Origin: Trueperaceae bacterium
Lineage (GTDB): Bacteria > Deinococcota > Deinococci > Deinococcales > Trueperaceae
NCBI GenBank assembly: GCA_034521815.1
Contig: JAXHLW010000013.1
Coordinates: forward strand, 1,664,001 to 1,728,000
Reading direction: 5' to 3'
DNA: 64,000 nucleotides
The notes beneath the pieces were generated by a model. The model searched no databases and had not been told where the DNA came from. It was given only the letters and a program-made list of their open reading frames with translations. Position numbers and translations under genes: made by a program. Numbering within the stretch: position 1 is the first letter of the stretch; every line of letters starts with the position of its first letter. Below are positions 50,980-61,100 of this stretch, piece by piece.

Positions 50980-51680
50980 CGGGCCGGGTCGTCGGCGTGC
51001 TGGGAGGGATGGGGCCGGCGGCGACCTGGGACTTCTGCAGCAGGCTCACGGCGGCCACCCCCGCCACGAAGGACCAGGATCACCTGCGCGTCCTGGTGGA
51101 CGCCGATCCGTCGGTTCCCGACCGCAACGCCGCGCTCGAGGGGCGCGGTCCGTCGCCCGGGCCGCGCCTCGCCGCGATGGCGCGCGGGCTGGAGCGCGCC
51201 GGCGCGGAGGTCCTGTGCATGCCGTGCAACGCGGCGCACGCCTTCGCGGACGACGTCCGCGACGCGACGGTCGTGCCGTTCGTCGACATGATCGAGGCGA
51301 CCGTCGAGGCGACCATGAAGCGCGTGCCCGACGCGCGCCGCGTGGGCCTGCTGGCGACGACGGCGACCCTGGACGCCGGCCTGTACGAGCGGGTGTTCAG
51401 GGAGCGCGGGGTCGAGGTGGTGATCCCCGCCCCTGCGCAGCGCGACGAGATGATGGCCGCGATCTACGCCGTGAAGACGGGCGAGCTGGGCCCCGCAACG
51501 CGTGCGGCGATGCGGCGGGCGGCCCAGGCCGCGGTCGCCGCGGGGGCCGAAGCTCTGGTCGCGGCGTGCACGGAGGTCCCGCTGGCGCTCACGCAGGAGG
51601 ATCTCGAGGTGCCGCTGGTGGTGTCGAGCGAGGCGCTGGCCGTCGTCGTGGTCCGGATCGCGACGCGCACCGAACCGTAG
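50976..51680 (+). CDS. Aspartate/glutamate racemase family (PLP-independent, two Cys)
   Basis: GVLGGMGPAAT, DQDH, PCNAAH and ACTEVP; GTGA overlap with the upstream gene. Confidence 0.9.
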   Translation: MTGRVVGVLGGMGPAATWDFCSRLTAATPATKDQDHLRVLVDADPSVPDRNAALEGRGPSPGPRLAAMARGLERAGAEVLCMPCNAAHAFADDVRDATVVPFVDMIEATVEATMKRVPDARRVGLLATTATLDAGLYERVFRERGVEVVIPAPAQRDEMMAAIYAVKTGELGPATRAAMRRAAQAAVAAGAEALVAACTEVPLALTQEDLEVPLVVSSEALAVVVVRIATRTEP

Positions 51681-51708
51681 CGCGCTGGACGCATTGCGTC
51701 CAAACTCC

Positions 51709-51738
51709 TTGACGATCGCGACGCGAGACGCTTAAACT
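51709..51738 (+). promoter_or_regulatory. Sigma70-type promoter TTGACG-N18-TAAACT
   Basis: Near-consensus hexamers upstream of the Lrp gene. Confidence 0.55.
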
Positions 51739-51751
51739 CGCGGTGGGCCTC

Positions 51752-52291
51752 ATGTTCATGCAGGATCGGAGACCGCCGTTGCCCGCACCCCGATACCTCC
51801 AGCTCGACACCGTCGACCGCCGCATCGTGGACCTGCTCCGCGACGACGGACGAATGGCGTTCCGCGAGATCGCGCGTCGCCTGGACGTATCCGAGTCGAT
51901 GGTCCGCAAGCGGGTCGCCCGCCTGCTGCGGCAGGGCTGGATGAAGATCCAGGCGATCAGCGATCCGCTGCAGCTGGGCGTGCCGATTCTCGCGACCACC
52001 TACGCCCGCGTCCGCCCCGGTCAGGTGGAGGAGATCACCGACCGCATCGCCCGCCATCCGGCGGTCCGCTACGTCGCCCTCGGCGTCGGCAGCCACAACG
52101 TGGTCGTCGAATCCCTCCACGCCGACAACGGGGAGCTCCACGAGTTCCTCCAGGCCGAGCTGGGACGACCGGGGATCGTCACCAGCGAGACCATCCAAGT
52201 CGTGAAGATCAAGAAGAGCGTCTGGGACTGGGCGATCCCCGGTGAGCCCGAACCGGACGACGAGCTCGTTCTCGCAGGGAGGTCCGCATGA
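51752..52291 (+). CDS. Lrp/AsnC family regulator
   Basis: LDTVDRRIVDLLRDDGRMAFREIARRLDVSESMVRKRV; start at 51752 or 51758. Confidence 0.9.
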   Translation: MFMQDRRPPLPAPRYLQLDTVDRRIVDLLRDDGRMAFREIARRLDVSESMVRKRVARLLRQGWMKIQAISDPLQLGVPILATTYARVRPGQVEEITDRIARHPAVRYVALGVGSHNVVVESLHADNGELHEFLQAELGRPGIVTSETIQVVKIKKSVWDWAIPGEPEPDDELVLAGRSA

Positions 52292-53806
52292 CCCGATTCC
52301 GTCTCGTTCTCACGACCCTGGCGCTGAGCCTGCTGCTCGGCGCCGGCCTGGCGCAGGAGCGCGGAGGCACGCTCACCGCCGCCTGGGCGCAGAACCCCGT
52401 GGGCCTCGACCCGCACGCCACCAGCGCCTACTCCAGCTACCAGGTTCTCGGAAACGTGCTGGACACCCTCGTCGACTTCGACGACGATCAGAACCTGGTG
52501 CCCGCCCTGGCCGAGTCCTGGTCCGTCGACGACGCCGGCCTGGTCTGGACGTTCGAGCTTCGCGACGACGTGAAGTTCAGCAACGGGCGCGACTTCACCG
52601 CGGCCGACGTGAAGTACACCTACGACCGGATGCTGGATCCCGAGACCGCCAGCGGCAACGCCTGGCGCCTGGGCGCGGTCGAGTCGATCGACGTCGTGGA
52701 CGACCACACCGTCACCATCACGCTGGGCTCGCCGAACACCGGCTTCCTCGGCAAGCTCGCGAGCGGCGCGCCCGTCGGCATCATCGCGCGCGAGTCGGTC
52801 GAGGACGGCAGCATCGACACCGCTCCCATCGGGACCGGCCCGTTCATGATCACCGACTACCAGCCCGGCACCCTGGTGATGCTGGAGCGCAACGATCTCC
52901 ACTGGCGCACCGACGCCGACGGCACGCAGCTCCCCTACCTCGACGCGGTCGAGCTGCGCATCATCAGCGACGACAGCGTCCGCCGCAGCGCGCTGGTGAC
53001 CGGCGACGTCGACTGGACCATCTCCATCCCGCCACAGTCGCTGCCCGAGCTCGAGGAGCGCGACGACGTCATCGTCGACCGCAGCGCCGCGCCGGCGTAC
53101 TGGTACATCGGCGTCAACACCGAGCGCGAGCCGCTGGACGACGTGCGCGTGCGTCAGGCGATCAGCTACGCCCTGAACCGCGGCCAGATCACCGAGGCCG
53201 CCACCTTCGGCACCGGCGTTCCCACCCAGGATCCGATTCCCTCGGTCAGCGCCTGGGCGTTCGACTACGCTCCGTACGGTCAGGACCTCGAGAAGGCGCG
53301 TGCGCTGCTGGCCGAGGCCGGCGTCGAAGACGGCTTCGAGATGACGATCATGCCGACCACCGAGTACGAAGAGTCGATCCGCGCCGCGCAGGTGATTCAG
53401 GCGCAGCTCGCGCCGCTGGGCGATCTCCGTCGAGCTGGACACGCGTGAATGGGCCGACTGGCTGGACACGCAGGGCCAGGGGAACTACGACACGTTCGTG
53501 TGCAGCTGGAACGTCCTGCTCGACCCGGACGACTTCTACTACGCGCAGCACAAGACCGGCGAGGTGTTCAACTTCACCGGCTACAGCAACCCGACCGTCG
53601 ACGAGCTGCTCGAAGAGGGCCGCGTGGTGGACGATTTCGACACCCGCTACGAGATCTACGAGCAGGTGAACCAGGAGATCGTGGACGACGCCCCCTACAT
53701 CTACCTCTACAACCCCGGGAACATCCAGGCGTACCGGACGAACGTCGAGGGCTACACCGCCCGCGGCGACCAGACCATCCGGTTCGTCCGGACCTGGCTG
53801 GACTGA
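52288..53806 (+). CDS. ABC substrate-binding protein family 5 (Dpp/Opp), frameshift ~53425
   Basis: Signal peptide GLAQ, LDP, PALAESW, VKFSNG, IGTGPF and VRQAISYALNR; the C-terminus is in another frame. Confidence 0.88.
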
Positions 53807-53814
53807 CGTCGCTC

Positions 53815-53858
53815 GACCTCTCCCGGACGCGCGCTCCCGTGCGCGTCCGGGAGAGGTC
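53815..53858. terminator. Perfect 18-bp stem-loop between the SBP and permease genes (mRNA stabiliser or partial terminator)
   Basis: GACCTCTCCCGGACGCGC-8 nt-GCGCGTCCGGGAGAGGTC, with no U-tract. Confidence 0.65.
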
Positions 53859-53889
53859 CAGCGTCGACCCCACCGATGAATCTTCAGCT

Positions 53890-54841
53890 ATGAGCCTCCG
53901 CTATCTTCTTCAGCGACTCGGGACGCTGGCGCTGGTCCTGTTCGGCGTCTCCGTCATCGCGTTCTCGATCCAGCCGCTCATTCCCGGCAGCCCGGCCCGT
54001 ATCCGCCTGGGCGTCCAGGCCACCGACGAGAACATCGCCACCCTCGAGCGCCAGATGGGGCTCGACAGGCCGCTGGTGGTGCAGTACGTCGACTTGGGTC
54101 GGCGACATCGTCCTGCGCGGCGACTTCGGCGAGAGCCTGATCACGCGAACCTCGATCTCGGACGAGATCGCGCGCCGCCTGCCCGCCACCCTCGCCCTGG
54201 CCGGCCTGGCGCTGGTGATCGGTCTGATGATCGCCCTGCCGCTCGGGATCTTCTCGGCGCTCAGGCCGGGCGGCAAGCGCGACCTGGCGGCGTCGATCGT
54301 CAGCCAGGTCGGTGTCTCCGTGCCCGACTTCTGGATGGGCATCCTGCTGATCCTGCTGTTCGCCGAGACGCTCGGCTGGCTCCCCTCGTCCGGGTACGAG
54401 CCGCTGTCGCAAGGGTTCGTCCCCTGGTTCTCGCACATGATCCTGCCCGCGTTGACGGCCGGGCTGATCAGCGGATCGATCATGACCCGCTTCGTCCGCA
54501 GCGCGCTGCTCGAGGTGCTCGGTCAGGACTACGTCCGAACGGCGCGCGCGAAGGGCGTGGGCCCACGCGTGGTGCTGACGAAGCACGTTCTGCGCAACGC
54601 GGCGATCTCGATCGTGACGATCATCGGCTTGCAGATGGCGACGCTGCTCTCCTCCGTCGTCGTCGTCGAGATCATCTTCGCGTGGCCCGGCCTGGGCTCG
54701 CTGGCGCTCACCTCCACGCTGCAGCGCGACTACCCCGTGCTTCAGGCCGCCGTCCTGATGGCGGCGGTGGCGTTCACGGTGATCAACCTGCTGACCGACC
54801 TCTCCTACGTCCTCCTCGACCCCAGCGTCGAGGTCGCCTAG
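53890..54841 (+). CDS. Peptide ABC permease (DppB-like), frameshift ~54093
   Basis: GLDRPLVVQY, GDFGES, SVPDFW, QDYVRTARAKG and RDYPV. Confidence 0.88.
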
Positions 54842-54849
54842 GGAATCCG

Positions 54850-55734
54850 ATGACGACGCGAACCTCGACCGACCGTGGCGACCGGCTGGGCAAGCGCCCC
54901 GTCGTCGACTTCCTCCGTCGCTTCGTACGCCACCGGCTCGCCGTCCTGGGGGCCTTGATCATCGCGACCCTGGTGATCGTGGCGGCGTTCGGCCGCGCGC
55001 TGGCGCCGTACGACCCGTTGGGCATGGACTTCGGCGCGGTGTTCGCCCCTCCCGGTCCGGAGCACCTGTTCGGCACCGACGAGTTCGGGCGCGACATCTT
55101 CTCGCGCATCCTGTACGGGGCGCGCATCTCGCTGCAGGTCGCGTTCATCGCCGTCGGCATCAGCGGAACCCTGGGCGTGGCGCTCGGCCTGCTGGCCGGC
55201 TTCCTGGGAGGCTGGCTGGACGAGCTGGTGATGCGGTTCATGGACGTCCTGTTCGCGTTTCCCGCGGTGCTCCTGGCGATCACGATCATGGCGATCCTGG
55301 GCCGCGGCGTCGGCAACGCGATGATCGCGATCGCGATCGTGTACGTTCCGATCTTCGCGCGGGTGACGCGGGGAGCGGTGATCAGCGTTCGCGGCCGCGA
55401 GTTCGTCATCGCCGCCCGCGCGCTGGGAAAACGACCGTTGGGCGTGATGCTCCGGCACGTGCTGCCCAACGCGCTGGGCCCGATCATCGTGCAGACCTCG
55501 CTGAGCCTGGCGTTCGCGATCCTGGCCGAGGCCGCGCTGTCGTTCTTCGGTCTGGGCACGCAGCCGCCCGATCCCAGCTGGGGCCGCATGCTCTCGGAAG
55601 GCCGCGGCTTCCTCAGGCAGGCTCCCTGGATGGGCATCTTCCCCGGCCTGGCGATCATGGTGTCGGTGATGGGGTTCAACTTCCTGGGCGACGGCCTCCG
55701 CGATCTGCTGGACCCGCGGTCCACGCGTTCCTGA
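54850..55734 (+). CDS. Peptide ABC permease (DppC-like)
   Basis: FGTDEFGRDIFSRILYGARISL, HVLPN, EAALSFFGLG and GDGLRDLLDP. Confidence 0.9.
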   Translation: MTTRTSTDRGDRLGKRPVVDFLRRFVRHRLAVLGALIIATLVIVAAFGRALAPYDPLGMDFGAVFAPPGPEHLFGTDEFGRDIFSRILYGARISLQVAFIAVGISGTLGVALGLLAGFLGGWLDELVMRFMDVLFAFPAVLLAITIMAILGRGVGNAMIAIAIVYVPIFARVTRGAVISVRGREFVIAARALGKRPLGVMLRHVLPNALGPIIVQTSLSLAFAILAEAALSFFGLGTQPPDPSWGRMLSEGRGFLRQAPWMGIFPGLAIMVSVMGFNFLGDGLRDLLDPRSTRS

Positions 55735-55735
55735 G

Positions 55736-58095
55736 GTGCACCGCGTCCAGCGGCCCGCCGCCGCGTTCCTGCTGGCGTTTTCGGGCCTGCTGGCCGAGCT
55801 GGCGTGGACCCGCATCACCGGCCTGCTGTTCTTCGGCGAGTCCGCGTTCCTGGTCGTGTCGTGGGCCGTCGCCGGCCTGTCGCTGGGCGCCGCGCTGGGG
55901 GCCGTCCGCCCCGGGCTCCTGCGCCGCCCGGTCAGCGCCGCCTCCGGCGTCGCCGCGGGCGCGGCGTCCGCGGCCGGCCTGGCGGTGGTGCTGCTCGCCG
56001 CGGGGCGCGGCGGGGTCGGCCTGGCGCTGGCGGCGATCGTCCCCAGCTTCGCCGCGTTCGGCCTGGCGCTGGCCGGCGTGTTCGCCGGCGATCCGCGCCA
56101 CGCCCCGCGCATCTACGCCGCCGACCTGGCCGGCGCCGCCCTGGGCGCGATCGCCTCGCTCCCGGCGCTGAGCCTGCTGGGCGCGCCGGACGCGTTGCTG
56201 CTGGCCGCCGCCGGCGCTGCGGGCGCAGGTGTCGTGCTGGCGGCCGGAGCCGGGCGCGGGGCGCAGCCGGGAACGGTCGTCCGGGGGCAGGTGGCGGCAG
56301 GAACGGTGGCGGCGGGAACGGTCGCGGCGGCGCTGCTTCTCCTGGTCGCCGCGCCCGGTCCCGATGCCGATCCGCACCGCTGGGCGACCCCGAAGAGCAT
56401 CGTGGCCGAGCTCGATCGCGGAGGGGAGCTGCTTCAGTCCCGCTGGGGCTCGGTCGGCCGGAGCGACCTGGTGCGGCGAGCCGACGGCGCCGAGGTGCTC
56501 TACCTGGACGGCGGCGCGGGGTCGCTCGTTCCGACGCCGGGCTCGGCGGAGCTGTGGCGCGGCGACCTCGGCCGGTTCGCGTTCGAGGCGTTGCAGCCGG
56601 AACGCGTCTTCGTCGTCGGCGGTGGCGCGGGGTTGGAGGCGGCGCACGCGCTGGAAACCGGCGCCCTCGAGGTCGTCGTGGCGGAGGTGAACCGGGCGGG
56701 CACCGCCCTGGCGCGCGAGCGACTGGCCGCCCTGCGTTCCGCCCAGGGGTCCGAGGACGGCCCGCCGGCGGACGCCCCGGGGGATCCGTTCAGCGACCCG
56801 CGGGTGCGCTGGGTGGGCGACGAGGCTCGCGCCGTCCTGCGCGCGTCGGGCGGCGGTTACGACCTGATCACGCTGTCGCAGGCGGTGACCCGGACGGCGG
56901 AGGCGCGCGGCCTGGCGTTGACGGAGAACGGGATCTATACCGTCGAGGCGACACGAGGCTGGCTGGCGTCGCTGGCCCCTGGCGGGGCCGTCGCCTACGA
57001 GCTGTACGACGAGCTGACACTGACCCGGGTGCTGACGACCGTCGGCACGGCCCTGGTCGAGATGGGCGCCGCCCGGGACGACGCGGCCGCGCTGGACCGG
57101 ATGGTCCTGCTGCTCGACCCGATCGACCGTCCCGCCGACCCCGCTGTTGCTGGCGTTCCGGGACGCCCCGGACCGCGACGAGGTCGTGGCGATCGCACGC
57201 GCGGCGGAGGCTGGCGGCCTGGCGCTGCTGCACCTGCCCGGACTGCTCGAGAATCCGCCGTTGGACGAGATCGCCAGCGGACGCTCCAGCCTGGCGTCGC
57301 TGGTCGCGGCCAGCTCCGAGGTGGACATCTCCCCCACGCGGGACGACGCGCCGTTCTTCTGGTCGTTCGAGCCGCGGTCTTCCCGTTCGCTGCGACGCGC
57401 CGTGACCGGTCTGGCGGTGCTGACGGTCGTGCTGGCGTCGGCCCTGATCCTCGGCTGGCCGCGTTCCGCCCCTCCGTCCCGTGGAACACGGCCGGGCCTG
57501 GGCGTCGCGGCGCTGCTGGGCGCCAGCTTCCTGGCGCTCGAGATGGCGTTGCTGTCGCGCGCCGGGCTGCTCCTCGGCCATCCCGCGGCAGCGCTGGCGA
57601 CGACGCTGGGAGCGCTCCTGGCGGGCGCGGGTATCGGTGCCGTCGGAAGTCGCCGAAGACCCGACGCGTGGCGCTCGGTGTCCGTCGCGGCCGCCGCGGC
57701 CGCGCTCGCCGCCGTGGCGTGGACGGTGGCCTGGCCCCCGATCGCGGCCGCCGTCGGCGGCGAGAGGGCGATCGTACGAACGTTGGCCGCGATCGCCGTG
57801 CTGACGCCGCTGGGCGTCGCGCTGGGCGCGCCGTTTCCGTTGCTGCTGCGCCGCTTGGGCGCCCTGCCCGCGGCCGACGCGAGCCCAGGCGCGAGCGCCA
57901 GGCACGCGGCCCGACGCGAACCCCGGCACGATCGCGCGGGCGTGGGCGCTGAACGGCGCGGGCTCGCTGCTCGGAGGCGTGGGCGCGATCGCGATCGCGC
58001 ACCTCGCAGGCTTTCGGACCGTGGCACTGATCGCGATCGCAGGCTACGTCGCCGCCGCCGTCCTCGCCTTCACGATGCGCGATCGCGGCGCGTAG
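55736..58095 (+). CDS. Membrane protein with a central spermidine synthase-like SAM-binding domain, frameshifts ~57130 and ~57900
   Basis: N-terminal TMs (ELAWTR, IYAADLAGAALG), VGGGAGLE..AEVN, DEAR, YDLI, ENGIYTVEA, TRDDAPFF, and C-terminal TMs ..AWALNG.. stop 58095. Confidence 0.72.
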
Positions 58096-58119
58096 AACGA
58101 CCCGCTCGAACCCGAGCGA

Positions 58120-58151
58120 GCGGCCCCGAACCGTGAAAGGTTCGGGGCCGC
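58120..58151. terminator. 13-bp hairpin between convergent genes
   Basis: GCGGCCCCGAACC-GTGAAA-GGTTCGGGGCCGC. Confidence 0.6.
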
Positions 58152-58182
58152 CGAAGGGCGAACGTCGTAGCGATCAGGGCGG

Positions 58183-61100
58183 CTACCAGCGGAACAGGCC
58201 GTCCCCTTCGATGCCGATCGTGAACCCGGCGTCGTCGTAGGGCGTGAGGAGGGTATCGCCGGTGCTGTAGCCCAGGCTCAGCCACAGCGAGTCGACGACT
58301 TCGATTCGGAACTCGGCGGTGAGCGACGCGTCGAACGCGCTCAGCGCCGGACGGGCGACCGCCTGGCCGTAGAGGACGGCGTCGGCGTCGCGCTCGAACA
58401 GGACGAGGGGCACGACGACCCCAGGCGCGGCTGGACCGCGAACGGCCTCAGGCGATCGCCCAGGCTCGTCTCCATCGGCAGATCGACGGCCGGAGCGCCA
58501 ACGAGCCGACCGTCGCCGGCGACCAGCAGCCCCTCGACGTCCACTTGCACGCCGAAGCCGGCGTTGATGGTGGTGACACCGTCGGCGACGACGCCGTCGA
58601 GGTACCCGATGGCTCCGCTGGGAACGAGACGTCCTGCGTGCCGGCATCGACTCCGACGGTTCATCGCTGGTCGCGTCGCCGCTGGATCCGGACGCGTTCG
58701 CGTCGGGGTCGACCGTGTCCAGGTCGGCCCGGACGGCCGCACCGAAACGGCCCTCGACGGTGGGCGCCAGTCGCAGGTCGAGATCGACGGCGTACGCGAT
58801 CGCTTCGTGCGCGCCGGCGATGGCGGCGAGCAGGTCGACGGTCGTGGCGTCGTCGGCCGGGAGGACGACGTCCAAGCCGATCTGGCCGTCGATTGCCTCG
58901 TCGCGGTAGCGAACCGCGAAGCCGGCTCGCCACTCGGTGCCCCCGTCCGTCAGGACGGCCGCGCCGTAGAGGTCGGCGTCGACCCCGTCGCCGAGCACGA
59001 AGGGAGCGTTCACGCCGAACCGTAGGCGGTTGCTGGACGTCTCGCCAGCGAGTTCGTAGGCGACCTCGAGCTCGACGCCGCCGATGGTGCGCGCGACGCC
59101 GACCTCGCCTTGCAGGTCGCCGCCTTCGAGCCGCGCGGTTCCCACGAGGGCGGCTCCGGCCACGTCGATCGAGGTGGACAGGGTGGTGAGGGGCGCCCCG
59201 CCACCGACGAGCGGTTGGTCGTGGCCGACGTCGATCCGCACCGGACCGATCTCGCCACCGACGCTCAAACCGGCACGCCACGCGGCGTCCCGCCAGTCGT
59301 ACGAGGTGGCGGCTTCGACGTCGAGCGCGCCGGTCCGCCTCGCGACGTCCAACGTGGTGGTCGCGAGATCGGCCGATTGTTCGTGGCCGATCCCGATCGA
59401 CCAGACGTCGGTCAGGCGGACGCCGACGCGAGCGTCGCCGGTCACGCCGTCGGCGGAGCGGTACCCGAGTCCGGTCTCGATCGCGACGGGGTCGAGGTCG
59501 AGCCGGACGCCGAGCGCCGCACGCTCGACGCCGCTGCCGATCATCGAGGCCGACAGGTCGGCGTCGCCGCCGTCCCAGTCGGTCGTGACCTTCAGCGCCG
59601 CCTCGAAGCGGTCGCCGTAGGACGCGCCGACCTCGACACGGGTCGCACCCAGGTCCACGTTCAAGCCGGCACCGGCGACGATGCCGTCGCGCGGGGCGCC
59701 CATGGGGACGTAGGTCACGGCGAGTTCGGGGCGCTCGCCGTCGGGGCCGAGGATGGCGACCGGGCCGATCAGGACGATCTCGGCGCCGTCCAGGACGTAG
59801 TCGACGCCCGGTTCGAGGCGGACGCGCTCGTCACCGCGCACCCGTTCGACGGCGAGACTGCCGCTGGCGGGGACCTCGGCCAACGTCACCCGGCGCAAGC
59901 CGGCGACATCGAAGCTTTCGCGCACGACGTCGCTGCGGACGACGCCGAGGTAGCCGGAGAGCGTCACGGCCTCGTCGGCGTCCACCTCGGCGCGGAACGC
60001 GGTCGCCGCGGGGCGCTCGCCGACGGCGGGCGCGGACAGGGCTCCGTAGCGGTACTCGACGCTCCAGCGGTCGTCGCGCACGATGAAGGCGATGCCGTCC
60101 TCGCTGGCAAGATCCTGCTCGAAACCGTCCTGGGGAACCAGGCGCCACGCTTCGGTCGGAACCTCCGCACGGTCGTACGGCATCAGCAGACTGGCGAAAC
60201 CGGAGTCGGGCCGCCAGGCGACGCCCAACGCGCCTTCGAGGCGAACCCCGTCGAGCCGAGCATCGACGCGGGTGCGGACCTGAGCACCGAAGCTCGCGAA
60301 TCCGGAGAACGGTGCGAGGCGGGCCGAGGCGTCGTACAGCGCGAGGTTGGGCGCACCGACCTCCTCAGCGGGCAGCAGGGCGAAGTCGACGACGTGCGGT
60401 CCGTAGCCGACGATGCGACGCGCGAAGCCGTCGATCGGGGCGAGGTCCGGCACGCTGCCGGGCAGCAGCGCGACGACGCGCACGTCGATGGGAACTTCGG
60501 CGAAGAGGTACCGACCCGCGCCGTCGCTGATCGCCGTCAGGCCGTCGGCGCGCGCGATCCGGGCCCCTTCGACGGGCAGGTCGCCGTCGCCGAAGCGGCC
60601 GTCCTCGTCGAGGTCCAGGAAGACCCGACCGAAGACCGCGCGATCGTCGTCGACGACCGCACGGACGTCCAGGATCACGACGAGGTCGAGCGTCATGGCG
60701 TCGCTGTAGACGACGCCGAACGGATCGACGATCCGCGCCACGACGTCGTAGCTGCCCGTCGCCAGGGCGTGCTCGTCCGGAACGACCAGCGTCCAGCGAC
60801 CCGTCTCGGGATCGTGATCGAGGTGGCCGTCGCCGAGCTCGTAGGCTGACCCCGTCGAGCGTGACGGTGAAGACGTCGCCGGGACGCAGCTCCGCGGTGC
60901 CGGTGACGGTGGGGGTCGCGGTGCCGACCGTCGCCTGATCCACGGTCGGCGGGTTCGGCGCTGCGAGGCGCACGAGCAGTTCGTCCTCGGTCGCGTCCGA
61001 CGTCGCGTTCCCGGCCGCCGTCGTGACGGTCACGACGACGTCGTAGAGGCCCTCCTCGAGGGCATGCTCGGTCGGAACGACGAGGCTCCAGCGACCGCTG

